Shown one piece after another: positions 20,909 to 31,327 of a DNA stretch of 64,000 nucleotides; the first letter of the stretch is position 1, and the number at the start of each line of letters is the position of its first letter. The DNA is from Coleofasciculus sp. B1-GNL1-01 (lineage in GTDB: Bacteria > Cyanobacteriota > Cyanobacteriia > Cyanobacteriales > Coleofasciculaceae). A program made the position numbers and the translations under genes. The stretch lies in the NCBI GenBank assembly GCA_040220235.1, contig JAVJTO010000006.1; one strand, 5' to 3'. A model generated the notes under the pieces. It was not told the DNA's origin. It was given only the letters and a program-made list of their open reading frames with translations, and did no database searches.

Positions 20909-21756
20909 TTGGATGCAACCTTTGTATTATAGCCAATAGATGTCGGTTGTAGCAAGGACTGATAGGCTTGAGAACTTGCCCATTTATCAATTTCCCGCGC
21001 CCTTAACACAGGGACGGGGTGGCTCAACTGGGCAGTTTGAGCGGATTTGAGCAGTTCTCCCAATTCCGAGTTACTGATATCATCATAGGCTCTAGCTTGG
21101 GCGATAAAGGCGTCGAGGTTGAGTTGGGGAGCTAGGGTTGGTGAACCGCCAGCGAGTTTCATCAGCACCGACATCACCACTCTGGGATTTTGAGTTGCCA
21201 GCAGCGCCGCGCGATCGCAGGAAAATTCCGCACACCTTAACCATTCCAGCATCTGTTCCTGAAGGCTTTGGGCAATTACAGCGCCCCAAGTTGGCAGTAA
21301 AGACGCCGCTAAAATCATAATGTTAAGCGGTGTCAGATAAACCCCATGCTCGCACTTGAGATGTCCCAATTCGTGAGCAATCACCGCCTGAATTTCTTCG
21401 GGGGTCAGCATATCGATTAAAGCGGTGTGCAGGACGATAAATGGCTGCTTACCCCGCATGGCAAAGGTATAAGCATTTGGCACAGGATGCTGCTGCACGT
21501 ATAGTTGAGGGGGTTCTAAGTCCAGGGTTTTGCAGGCGTCTAGCAGCAAATCATGCAGGTGAGGTAGCTGATTTTCTCCCACCAAAACACTGGCAGCAAT
21601 ATTATTCAGGTAAAAGAATTGTTCCGCCAAGGGTCCGAGGAGATTTCGCACCATCAAGTCCAGTCCAGGGAACTGCTTCAAGGCTTGGGTGGCTTGGAAA
21701 TCAAGAGGATGACGGAACTGGTCTGCCTTTAGACCAACTAACGGTGTTTGGGTCAT
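20887..21756 (-). CDS. M48 family zinc metallopeptidase
   Basis: PNAYT, AHELGH (HExxH), AEFSCDR, SHP motifs; the 3' end overlaps tRNA-Leu. Confidence 0.93.
   Translation of the reverse strand: MTQTPLVGLKADQFRHPLDFQATQALKQFPGLDLMVRNLLGPLAEQFFYLNNIAASVLVGENQLPHLHDLLLDACKTLDLEPPQLYVQQHPVPNAYTFAMRGKQPFIVLHTALIDMLTPEEIQAVIAHELGHLKCEHGVYLTPLNIMILAASLLPTWGAVIAQSLQEQMLEWLRCAEFSCDRAALLATQNPRVVMSVLMKLAGGSPTLAPQLNLDAFIAQARAYDDISNSELGELLKSAQTAQLSHPVPVLRAREIDKWASSQAYQSLLQPTSIGYNTKVASKGGWRNW
20926..20955 (-). promoter_or_regulatory. Sigma70-like promoter for tRNA-Leu, inside the peptidase CDS
   Basis: Minus strand TTGCTA-18 bp-TATAAT ending 18 nt upstream of the tRNA. Confidence 0.55.
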
Positions 21757-22012
21757 GGGTTATTGGTCATTAGTCATTGGTCTTATGTCATTGGTCATTG
21801 GTTGATCCTAATGACTTCCTCTAGTTTATCGAGAACTGAGCCTAGAGCATCGGTTCAATTCTCGAATCATCTTCGGAAATTACGACAAAACCGTCATATC
21901 AGATACAAAATTTCCTCTGATTTGATCGATAAGCGATCGCTCCCCCAACTCCCAGACGTAGCATGCTACGTCTCTACATGCTTCCCCAGCTCCTCTGATC
22001 AGGTATCACCTA

Positions 22013-22435
22013 TCACCCTTCAGATAGCCATTGCTTAACCCGCTTTAAACTGTCCCAGTCAGGCTTCCTATTCAGTCCATCCTCAATACTCTCAAAGACA
22101 TCCTGACGAACTTGAGAATCCGTCGCCATCATCTGCTTAACGGTATCGATGTGTTTACGCACCCCAGTTTGCCCGGTTTCCAACATCGCTACCGCTAGGT
22201 TTACTCGCGCTTGGGGCGCATTAGCATCAATTTTCGTCCCCTTAAGCGCTACTTTATATGCCCGTTCCGCTTGGTCATCCAGCAAATACAACCAAGCCAG
22301 ACAACTCCAAGCAGCGGCGTTTTTCGGGAAGCGATCGCACAGTTGTTTAAATACAGGAATCAGGGAATCAGGTCCCTCACCCGCGTTGTAGCGTTCTAAG
22401 CCACTCTCGAACAGAGAATTAACAGTTTCGGTCAT
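22013..22435 (-). CDS. Conserved TPR-like protein
   Basis: AAWSCLAWLYLL..QARVNLAVAML helical repeats; downstream of sufA. Confidence 0.75.
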   Translation of the reverse strand: MTETVNSLFESGLERYNAGEGPDSLIPVFKQLCDRFPKNAAAWSCLAWLYLLDDQAERAYKVALKGTKIDANAPQARVNLAVAMLETGQTGVRKHIDTVKQMMATDSQVRQDVFESIEDGLNRKPDWDSLKRVKQWLSEG

Positions 22436-22566
22436 CGATTCAATTTTAGGTTTACCGCGATCTGATGTGAGTCCTCACACCAAGTTACGTTCTAACATGT
22501 CATTTTAAATGCAGTAGGGGTTTGGTTACCAAACCCCTACTCCCGTCCCTATTCCCCCGTTTTTAA

Positions 22567-22920
22567 TTAAACGCCAAAGGATTTACCACAGCCACAGGTT
22601 TGATTGGCGTTGGGGTTGGTGAATTGGAAGCCTCCCCCAATCATGGCATTGCTGTAATCTAAGACTAAACCGTACAAGTACAGGATGCTTTTGGGATCAC
22701 ATATTATTTTGAAGCCCTCGTAGTCAAATACTTCATCGTTATCCCGTACCTTACTCGGATCTTCAAAATCCATCATGTAAGACATCCCGGAACAGCCCCC
22801 CTGACGGACACCAACCCGCAAGTATAGGTCTTGTCCTTGTTGGTCTCGCAGCGCCACAATATGCTTGAGGGCTTGTTCAGTCAGTTGGATACCTCGTTGC
22901 GGTGTTGTTGCTTGTGTCAT
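22567..22920 (-). CDS. sufA: A-type Fe-S carrier (HesB/IscA/SufA)
   Basis: GGCSGMSY and CGCGKSF motifs; cyanobacterial SufA/Ycf57-like N-terminus. Confidence 0.92.
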   Translation of the reverse strand: MTQATTPQRGIQLTEQALKHIVALRDQQGQDLYLRVGVRQGGCSGMSYMMDFEDPSKVRDNDEVFDYEGFKIICDPKSILYLYGLVLDYSNAMIGGGFQFTNPNANQTCGCGKSFGV

Positions 22921-23148
22921 AAGTATGTTGTAACTCCTGGTGAGAATAAACTACTGATGTGCCATGCTTATGGATCAAGTTTATCGAGACTGACCCCAAG
23001 CGCGTGTAATTACCCGATAAAAATTTTTAAGGATCATCCTTTCTGCAAACAATGAAGCGCAGCTCGGAAGGTATTGCGGTTTAATAGGAATATCGATTAT
23101 TGATCATGGCTAACTTGCCATGGTTTTTGCACTTATTGCCAAATACCC

Positions 23149-24811
23149 TATGTCTGCTCTCAATCGCAATACTCGTCGTCGGCTCAAACGGTTACCCCAA
23201 ATTCCCAGCGTCTGGGAAGGCGATCGCCGTTCTTTAGTGACTGTATCCGATCAGGGTGATTTTGATGCTGAGGGTAATAATGAGTGCATTCTTTGGGTGG
23301 ACGGTTCAGAAGGAATTGTCCGGGCGATGGATATCGTTTCCCCAGAAATGGGACCCGAAGCCATTGTTCGCACCCTATTGCGAGCCATGGAACATCCCCA
23401 AAGTCCGGCTCGACCCGCCCGTCCCTCTAAAATTGTGGTACGCGATCGCGAAGTTCAGTTTTTATTGCGTGGGGTGCTGCAAGAGTTGGAGATTGCGATC
23501 GATTATGTTCCCGATTTACCCCTGATTGATGAGTTATTTCGCGGGTTTGAGGAAATTGCCCTCCAGCGCCAGCCAACCTTACCCCCGAAGTATGCCGATC
23601 TATTGATCGGTAAGGCGTATGAGATTTGGCTGGATGCGCCTTGGGATATCCTAGCTGACCATCAGATCCTGAGTGTGGAATTAAATCGCTGGGATGTGGG
23701 TGAGTTCTACGTCTCGGTCATGGGGATGCTGGGTGTAGAGTATGGAATTCTGCTCTATCGCTCCCTGGATTCACTGCAACGGTTTCGGGAGTCGGTCGTC
23801 AATCAGGAATCGGTCGAGGCGATGGAACAGGCATTTTTGGGACAAGATTGCTTGTTTATTACATATCAAGCGGCGGATGAGGACTTTGAAGAGGATGAGG
23901 ATGTAGATTTAGCCGATTTATCTGTTGAAGAGATTTTGCCGAGTTTTGGTGCGGTGCATCCATTAGAGGGAATGCGCCCCTTCCTGGATGAGGAAGAAGC
24001 CCTACTTGTCTATATGGCGCTGGAAGCCCTACATCGATTTTTCCAAGGATCATCCCGAAAATTAGCGGCGGATGATTTTCCGGCGATGAACAAGCGCTTC
24101 CGCATCCCTATCCCTGTAAATACGGAAGAGGAAGATACGGAGTCAAAATCCATCGCGTCTATTAAAGTGTCTACACGACCAGAGGTAGCCTCTGAGTTAT
24201 GGGAGATGGCGATTGATGATGATATGGATGACGAGGACTGGGATGAGGATGAGGATGAGGAGGAACTGGAACTTCCCCTACGGGATGACTTAATCCCGAA
24301 AGATTCTTATCTGAGTTTGGGGATGATGCCCTGGGAGAGTATAGCACTGCTACAGGAGGATATTGATTTTTATCAGTCTCAAGACGCCCCGCCTCTAGGA
24401 GAAGGGTTACCTGTGGTGTTAATTCAAACCACTCGCCCGAAAGCTAAAGTGTTAATCGAGCAAATTCAAACAGCCGGGGGACTCAAGGGGATTGGCTTTA
24501 ACCCCGGAGAAGATCCTCTAGCTGGCGATCGCTACGATTTGGGTATTCTACAAACAGGAGATAGTCATCTGTACCTCTTTGGTGAGTTTCCCGAAGCTGA
24601 TCCAGCTCATACGGCGAGTCGTGAGCATTGGGAACAACGGTGTCTCAAAACAAAGGGCTACTGCGGGTTAATTATCGCCAGAGGACTCAAAGGTGCTTCT
24701 CGCGGTAATCCTCAACCCAAGGACATGATGGCATTCTTTGAAGCGCGATCGCTCTCAGTTAAGGAGTTAGGATTAGGCTTGTTACAACTTATGCCTGTGT
24801 TTGAATTCTAG
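23149..24811 (+). CDS. Conserved cyanobacterial hypothetical protein with acidic tracts
   Basis: Long ORF (553 aa from ATG 23149) with RRRLKRLPQIPSVWEGDRR start; function unknown. Confidence 0.8.
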
Positions 24812-24899
24812 ATTCGAGGGAACAGAAAATAGAAACAGTACTGCGGCTCCCCCTGCTCCCAGAGGTGCCGTGGCACGTCTCTACATTGCGCTTTTGAAC

Positions 24900-26444
24900 T
24901 TATTCTAAATCATTGGTAGAAGCATCTGGCGGACCACCTTGGGGTTCATTCGCTGTATTCTCAGTTGAAGTAATCTCTGAGGTCACATCTGTTTCCGACA
25001 CATCTTCAACCGGAACCGTTGTCGGTTCATAGCGATGAATGCGAATTCGGTTCAGGCGGGGACCTTCGGCGGAGATAACTTTTAACTCTAGATTCTCATA
25101 ATTCAAGATTTCCCCTTGCAGCGGAATTTTTTGGAACTGATATAATAAAAAACCCGCCAAGGTTTGATATTCATCGGTTATCGGTAAATTTAAATCCAAA
25201 AGTTCATTAACTTCTTCTAAATCCATTTGGGCTTGAACTAAAAAAGTCTGTTCATCCACAAGTTGAATCGGTACTTCTTCCAGGCTTTCCGGTTCGGGGT
25301 TATCCCCAATAATTTCCGCTACCAAATCCTTCAGCGTCACCAAGCCCGCCGTACCACCAAACTCATCCACCACCATCACCATCGCCAAGTGAGATCGCTG
25401 CATCAGAGGTAGGAGTTCACTCAAGGGGGTTAACTCCGGGACAAAACGAGCCGGACGAATCCAGGGTTCAATCGGTGTATCTAAGGTTAATTTTCGCTCC
25501 GATAGGGGTTTAGCTAACTCTTTAAAATGGATAATCCCGCGAATATCATCCAGCGATTCCCCCGTTACCGGATAGCGAGAATGGTTCGTATTGGCAATTT
25601 CTTCTAACACCATTTGCACCGTTGCTGTACTGGGAATGGCGTCAATGCTAGTACGGGGAACCATTACCTCGGTTGCCAAAACTTCGCCAAATTCAAAAAC
25701 ATTATTCAGTAGCTCTCGTTCTTCGGCTTCTAAACCTGTTGATTCTCGTTCGGTGGTAATAATTAACTGTAACTCTTCTGGAGTCACTTGGTTATTCCAC
25801 CATCCCCCCGTATATTGCACCCCAACCAGTCGCAATAACCAGCGCGTTGATTGATTCAAAATCCAAATAAACGGATTAAAAAATCGGGCAATCACTAGAC
25901 TTGGAGGACCCAAAAACCGAGCTAACTCTTCAGAATACATTAGCGCCACGGATTTCGGACAGAGTTCACCAAGAACAATTTGCAGATAAGCAATCAGGAA
26001 AAATCCCACCGGAATTGCCAGAGAATGAGCGATTCCTTGAATCATCTGCGGCGGTAGGGGTAATTGAGTCAGTATCGCGGCGACGAAAACGGCGACGGTA
26101 TTCTCGCCAATCCAACCCAAGGCTAAACTGGATAGAGTAATGCCTAACTGAGTCGTCGAGAGTAGCCGCTCAATGCTCTGTTGTAGCGATTGAACCGTTT
26201 TCGCTTGCACATCCCCCGCATCAACCAATTGGTTAATCCGCGATCGCCGCACCGACACCATGGAAAACTCAGCCGTGACAAAAAAAGCATTGATTGCAAT
26301 CAACAGCAGGACTAATAATAATCGCAATAGCATGTCCCGGCTGGTAAGGGGCGTAGAAGCACTCGCAGTTAGGAAAACTATTAAATTGGCAACCATAAGA
26401 TTGGTAGCAGGTGACCAGCAAAAGCAGTGAGTAGGTGGGGACAA
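24900..26444 (-). CDS. Hemolysin/CNNM family protein (DUF21, CBS pair, CorC/HlyC)
   Basis: FFVTAEFS, QLGIT, GELCPKS, HSRYPV, VDEFGGTAGLVT, TLAG motifs; true start probably downstream of 26444. Confidence 0.92.
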   Translation of the reverse strand: MSPPTHCFCWSPATNLMVANLIVFLTASASTPLTSRDMLLRLLLVLLLIAINAFFVTAEFSMVSVRRSRINQLVDAGDVQAKTVQSLQQSIERLLSTTQLGITLSSLALGWIGENTVAVFVAAILTQLPLPPQMIQGIAHSLAIPVGFFLIAYLQIVLGELCPKSVALMYSEELARFLGPPSLVIARFFNPFIWILNQSTRWLLRLVGVQYTGGWWNNQVTPEELQLIITTERESTGLEAEERELLNNVFEFGEVLATEVMVPRTSIDAIPSTATVQMVLEEIANTNHSRYPVTGESLDDIRGIIHFKELAKPLSERKLTLDTPIEPWIRPARFVPELTPLSELLPLMQRSHLAMVMVVDEFGGTAGLVTLKDLVAEIIGDNPEPESLEEVPIQLVDEQTFLVQAQMDLEEVNELLDLNLPITDEYQTLAGFLLYQFQKIPLQGEILNYENLELKVISAEGPRLNRIRIHRYEPTTVPVEDVSETDVTSEITSTENTANEPQGGPPDASTNDLE

Positions 26445-26662
26445 TTAAAGTTAACGGCGGTGATCGTCATTCGTCCTTCGTTTTATGTCTTATGTAAGGG
26501 TTTGAGGACTATTTACAGAACTTAATATAGTTGGGTGTACTGGCACCAACAGGACTTACCCAACGCCATGGTTAACCCGTTGGATTTCGCGATCGCGTGA
26601 GCCAACCTACTTGAACGGGATCTGCTTTCATGCTGCATGTTCCCAACCTACTCCGTTTCTGT

Positions 26663-27439
26663 TTACCTGGCGACAGGGATTTCCGACATTTTCAGCTTAA
26701 GTTTTTGATCGGGATAATCAGTCAAGGTTAACGAAAGCGCCTTGGCGTCATCCAGCAATGCTGTAGGAATACTCACCGTACCCGAAAATTCCTCACCATT
26801 TGACGGCAATTCTCCCGGTAATCCTTCGGTGATCGCACTCAACGCTCGACCTTGATCATCAGTAACATTTAAAAAACTATAAAGAAATCGAACCGGATTA
26901 TTGCCCTCATTCTTCAAGCTAACATCCAGCAACAATGAGCCTCCCTGAAGATTGGCGGAACGAACCTCCAACGTGACCCCCCGATCCTGACTTTTGAGCG
27001 GTAAATTTTGATTTGAGCCACTACTGGTAAACGATGCCTCTGTGTTGAATACATCCGATTCAGACGATTCGTCTTCCAGTTCAGATTGCTGATTTTCTGT
27101 AGTGGACTCCTCTGGCTTCTGTGTCTCACTCTGGCTCTTTGACTCAGAGTCGTTAGTATCGGTCTTGGAGTCTTTATCCTGGTCTTGGTCGTCTTGGTCA
27201 TGGATATAGGCATGAACGTTAACCAGGATATCCCGTTCATTCAACAGCGCAACCTCTTTATCACCCGGCTCAACCTCCTGGTTATTTGCCAGCTTCTTCG
27301 TCGGGCGAACATCGGGCTGAGTGACACCTTTAAGAGCTTCATGACCGAGGGAAAATCCCCACATCGCACTCACAAAGCCAGCACCTAACATCATTGCCAG
27401 CAGAATCAGAGTGAGTGCTACAGTCGAGTTGAATTTCAT
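26663..27439 (-). CDS. Conserved membrane-anchored hypothetical protein
   Basis: N-terminal TM, acidic linker, beta-rich C-terminal domain (VRFLYSFLNV). Confidence 0.75.
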   Translation of the reverse strand: MKFNSTVALTLILLAMMLGAGFVSAMWGFSLGHEALKGVTQPDVRPTKKLANNQEVEPGDKEVALLNERDILVNVHAYIHDQDDQDQDKDSKTDTNDSESKSQSETQKPEESTTENQQSELEDESSESDVFNTEASFTSSGSNQNLPLKSQDRGVTLEVRSANLQGGSLLLDVSLKNEGNNPVRFLYSFLNVTDDQGRALSAITEGLPGELPSNGEEFSGTVSIPTALLDDAKALSLTLTDYPDQKLKLKMSEIPVAR

Positions 27440-27779
27440 TAGTGATTCAAGTTATACAAGAAAAGTAACACGACTTATGGTTATAGCGCATCGAGACCAG
27501 TGACAGCTTACCCTAAAACTAATGGTCATATCCCCAAAGCGACCATCGGATGGGTAAGATTAGTCAAGAATAGCATAAGTTTATAACTCTCAGGACTAGA
27601 TTACTCCACGGTGTAGTCCTCTCCATTTTAGTTTTTGTCGTCATTAGAAGCATCCTTCTGCAATAGGCAGCGATTATCAGGAATTGCTCAACGTCTTCGC
27701 GGGAGTCCTCACCCTCAACTCTCGTAGGGTGAGGAGGGATAGCGGGATGCCGGAAGAATGGAGGTATCCAATTCTTTTC

Positions 27780-28964
27780 TCAGGCTACACATAAGCCGTT
27801 ATTTCTCCTGATTAAATTGACTTTACTAAGGGCAAATTGTCCAATTCGTTTCCAGGTGTAGTCGCAAACGGAAACCTTTTGAGTCTTTTTGGTATCGGTG
27901 AATCCGCTGACGTAGCCGATGTAGACAATCCCTGCTTTTTCTGCTCTGACCCGATCACCAATTCTCAATCCAAAAGGGGTAATCGTCCCACCTTTACGCT
28001 TCCTTACCCCTAACTTATCTGGTACTTCAAAGTGCAATTGACGACGGAAGAATCCATACTCTTTCCCCCGCTTCACCGCACCAGGGCGGGTGATGATTTT
28101 AAACGGGGAGGGAGTAATATTAACGCTACCCTTATGGGTGTAACCATGGGAGTTAGAACCAGTAAACGGAACATATTTGACAAAATACCCGCAAGCCAAT
28201 GCCACTCCATCAACTGCGTGGGTCTCCGGTTTGGCTATAGACTTGTTAGCCTTATCCTTCTCTAACCCTAGTTGGGTTCGGAGTTGAGATGTGCCGTTTC
28301 CATCCTTTTGCCAACCATGCCGGACATAGACAGGGGTGATACCCTGAGCTTGTCGAAGGGCAATTTTTTCCATTTGGGATATTGCCCAATTCTGACCCGT
28401 CATTACTGGGGAAAATCCCTTACCTGACTTGGCACGTTTGCGTTTGGTCTGATCTATGTCGGCTCTGACTCGCTCATACCCAATTGCCGTCACCGGAAAG
28501 ATAGCCGCCAATTCCGTAACTGTCCGTAACTCCAACTGCCGGGAGGCTTTAATGGATGGGGGTATTTTGTGACCTTTGCGATTATCAAACCTGCATTGCC
28601 GATGGTTGCGCTGCTTGAATGGAACATCTCGGTTAATCCGTCTAGAACGGCGAGACCGTCGCAACATGGCACGGGTTTCCATCCGTTTTTTGACCCGCCC
28701 AAACGGAAGGATAAGATGCAGTTGTAGCAGGGTACATTTAGCGGACTGGACACCGACACCGGAGTAGGACTTACCCGGATCGACTCCTACCGCGATTGGT
28801 TGCACTTCCTCAGCCGATGGTGGTGTTGTTAGTTGGACATAGTAAACTCCCAGATCTGACCACTTCCCCACGGCTTTACCTTCCTTGACCCACCGTGGGA
28901 CCCTGGATGGTTTGGTGGGCATTAAAGGTTTTCCTTCTTTACTAACTACTGGAACACGATTCAT
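27780..28964 (-). CDS. isrB: IsrB-like RNA-guided nickase (PLMP/RRXRR, split RuvC, no HNH)
   Basis: GKPLMPTKP; RuvC-I VGVDPG; Arg-rich bridge helix LRRSRRSRR; RuvC-II GYE; RuvC-III HAVD; no HNH or CxxC insertion. Confidence 0.82.
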   Translation of the reverse strand: MNRVPVVSKEGKPLMPTKPSRVPRWVKEGKAVGKWSDLGVYYVQLTTPPSAEEVQPIAVGVDPGKSYSGVGVQSAKCTLLQLHLILPFGRVKKRMETRAMLRRSRRSRRINRDVPFKQRNHRQCRFDNRKGHKIPPSIKASRQLELRTVTELAAIFPVTAIGYERVRADIDQTKRKRAKSGKGFSPVMTGQNWAISQMEKIALRQAQGITPVYVRHGWQKDGNGTSQLRTQLGLEKDKANKSIAKPETHAVDGVALACGYFVKYVPFTGSNSHGYTHKGSVNITPSPFKIITRPGAVKRGKEYGFFRRQLHFEVPDKLGVRKRKGGTITPFGLRIGDRVRAEKAGIVYIGYVSGFTDTKKTQKVSVCDYTWKRIGQFALSKVNLIRRNNGLCVA

Positions 28965-29214
28965 AGATATAATCCACTCGTGTAAATGTAAATGTTTACG
29001 TCTCTTAAGGCATTGGTAAGGGTGTGTCCTGGACTTACCCAGTCAAGAGAGATTCCTGAACCTACATTTAAGCCAAGCTAGAGAAGTGCTTGGAAGTGGT
29101 TATCCCTTACCAACTCATGCCCTATTCATGTACAGACGCGCTTTTGAAGCGTCTCTACTGGCAGGTTCCCTCTGCCAATCCCTAACCTCAACGAAGTAGG
29201 TTAGGGTTCATGAA
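28965..29214 (-). ncRNA. omegaRNA scaffold upstream of isrB
   Basis: About 250 nt non-coding between the IS end and the isrB ATG; several helices, e.g. GGTAAGGG/CCCTTACC long-range pair and CCAAGC..GCTTGG. Confidence 0.7.
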
Positions 29215-29263
29215 CGGTTGCTTCCAACTCCGATTACTATAATATAGTAAAGAGATCGATTAA

Positions 29264-29336
29264 CCAGGGTTGGCCGAGCGGTTGAGGCAGCGAACTCATA
29301 ATTCGCCCTAGGCAGGTTCAACTCCTGCACCCTGGA
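29264..29336 (+). tRNA. tRNA with CAT anticodon, probably tRNA-Ile2 (lysidine) rather than Met
   Basis: CCAGGGT/ACCCTGG acceptor; GCGAA-CTCATAA-TTCGC anticodon arm; lacks the initiator GGG/CCC stem; Ile2 identity inferred from resemblance to plastid trnI-CAU. Confidence 0.9.
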
Positions 29337-29382
29337 TTTTGTGATGACATCCTCCCCCGCTCAAGTGGCTGATATGAAGCCG

Positions 29383-29859
29383 CTACCGTGGCAATGGAGC
29401 TTCAAAGAAAAACTCAGTCCCTTCAATTCGGGGACTGCCTTGGGGTCTAAATCGCTCAGAAACAGGCAACAACCGCACTGAGGTGTCGAAGGGATTCGGT
29501 AAATCCGGCGTGCGAATCACTGGATCACTGGCAAACTGTCGGTTTAATGCATCCTCGTAGAGAATATTAATCAATTCGGCATCTCGCTCCAGTTCCAAAT
29601 CTGGAAACCCCGCACTCCCTATTCCACCCGGACCGATAATATATTCGAGCTGACGTCCGAGACTGCGGTTTTCGTAAAACGTTCCCGATTCATTGAAAAA
29701 CGCTCGCTCAAAGGTGTTCGGAATGGTGTCTAGGCGGACTGGCTCAAAGTCTGAGGGTTCTGTTTGTGCCAGTGCGGTGCTAGCCATGACTGTGGAAGCC
29801 GCAACGACCAAACCCCGGAGCCATATCCTCAACCCCTTATGCATAATTCTTCGCCTCAC
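29383..29859 (-). CDS. Secreted hypothetical protein
   Basis: Signal-peptide-like N-terminus ending ALA; RTPDLPNPFDTS motif. Confidence 0.7.
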   Translation of the reverse strand: MRRRIMHKGLRIWLRGLVVAASTVMASTALAQTEPSDFEPVRLDTIPNTFERAFFNESGTFYENRSLGRQLEYIIGPGGIGSAGFPDLELERDAELINILYEDALNRQFASDPVIRTPDLPNPFDTSVRLLPVSERFRPQGSPRIEGTEFFFEAPLPR

Positions 29860-29929
29860 TTTTCCTCAATAATATTCTTATATTTGAATTCAGTATAGTG
29901 GTGGTTGGATTTTCACCCTCTGAACTATC

Positions 29930-30556
29930 ATGGCTGACAACAGTAAACCATTGCTTTCTCTGGATACCTCAACTTCATTAACGCAAGAGCGTCAATTGCT
30001 GCTGGATTTATTTTGTCAACTGGCTTACCAAGAGGGAGACTTCGTTCTCTCCTCGGGACAGCGCAGTTCCTATTACATTAACGGCAAACAGGTGACGCTG
30101 CATCCTCACGGAGGATTAGCGATCGCACAATTGCTACTTTCTTACCTCCCCCAGGATACTCAAGCTGTTGCAGGTTTAACCTTGGGCGCTGATCCGATTG
30201 TCAGTGCGGTGAGTGTGGTGTCCGCGATCGCAAATCGACCTATTCCTGCTTTAATTATCCGTAAAGAAGCCAAAGGACATGGGACAAGGGCATATATTGA
30301 GGGTCCAAACTTGCCAGCCGGAGCCAAGGTTGTGGTGTTAGAAGATGTGGTAACCACCGGACAATCGGCAATGAAAGCCGTTGAGCGGCTGCGAGAGGCA
30401 GGGTATCAGGTGGATCAGGTGCTGGCGTTGGTTGACCGTCAGCAAGGCGGTGCTGAGTTTTACCAGTCGGTTGGGTTAGCGTTTCAGGCGGTGTTTACGA
30501 TTCAGGATATCCAACAACGCTATCAGCAGCGCCAACAGAACAGTAAAATCTTGTAA
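29930..30556 (+). CDS. pyrE: Orotate phosphoribosyltransferase
   Basis: GDFVLSSGQRSSYY, RKEAKGHG, VLEDVVTTGQS PRPP motif. Confidence 0.97.
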   Translation: MADNSKPLLSLDTSTSLTQERQLLLDLFCQLAYQEGDFVLSSGQRSSYYINGKQVTLHPHGGLAIAQLLLSYLPQDTQAVAGLTLGADPIVSAVSVVSAIANRPIPALIIRKEAKGHGTRAYIEGPNLPAGAKVVVLEDVVTTGQSAMKAVERLREAGYQVDQVLALVDRQQGGAEFYQSVGLAFQAVFTIQDIQQRYQQRQQNSKIL

Positions 30557-30659
30557 TCCCTTATCTACAGATCATTTTTATTAAAGCCGCCGAGAAAACC
30601 GCATCCCCTTGTGGGTGCGGATGAGAGGCGGGGCAATCGGAGGTACGGAGATTGCCAAA

Positions 30660-30809
30660 TCACTCTCGTTGCTTCTGGGTTTCAATATAGCGCTTGACCG
30701 CATCTTCTGAGATGTGACCAACACTGGTGTACCATCTTCCATCACTCCACATTCCAGACCCCCAAAACCTACGCTTTTTCAAATCCTTGAATGTACTAAA
30801 GATATGAAC
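30660..30809 (-). pseudogene. tnpA: C-terminal fragment of Y1 transposase TnpA
   Basis: Reads VHIFSTFKDLKKRRFWGSGMWSDGRWYTSVGHISEDAVKRYIETQKQRE*, including the catalytic YIxxQ; the HUH part is missing. Confidence 0.85.
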
Positions 30810-31327
30810 CAAGAAAATATTTGAAACCTGGGATTTTTGTGGAGCAACTTTAACCTATACCAAAAACACTAAGCAGTTTTGGGTAAGATTGGTATTTGAA
30901 GCAGCCGACGTTCCACAGGTGAAAGAAGTTAGCCAACCAGCCTGGTGTAGTGGTCTTTGTACTTGAAGACTTGTCCAGTATTCGCACTCTGGCGAGGGGC
31001 AAGAAGATGAATAAATGGCTGGGAAATTGGGCATTCTATCAGCAAGAACAGTTCTTGAGCTATAAGGCAGAAGCATTAGGGAAGCGAGTAGTACATCAAG
31101 ACCCTCGCTACACATCCCAGAAGTGCAATGTCTGCAAACACATCAAGCGGACGAATCGCAAAAAGTCTCGCTTCTGTTGTAAGAACTGCGGTCATCGAAC
31201 TCACGCTGACCTTAATGCAGCTAGAAATGTCCGTGATGACTATATTCTCTCTTCTACCCAGAACGGGACGGAAGAGCAGGCGTCAGTCAATGCGCCATAT
31301 GTTTCGGGCGAGATTACTCTCGCCTAG
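30810..31327 (+). pseudogene. tnpB: tnpB fragments (RuvC-II, zinc finger and RuvC-III retained; N-terminus and RuvC-I deleted)
   Basis: KKIFETWDF..WVRLVFE fragment joined out of frame to VLEDL..YTSQKCNVC..CKNCG..ADLNAARN. Confidence 0.85.

Larger units (their letters stand above)
27692..29214. mobile_element. IS200/IS605-family element carrying isrB and its omegaRNA
   Basis: Left-end hairpin 27697-27745 almost identical to 6467-6515; right hairpin CCCTAACCT..AGGTTAGGG preceded by CAAT and followed by TTCATGAA; left junction uncertain within about 27681-27700. Confidence 0.75.

Noticed and set aside
27780..28964. IscB or Cas9-like call
   Set aside because: No HNH domain or CxxC motifs between the RuvC segments; the architecture fits IsrB.
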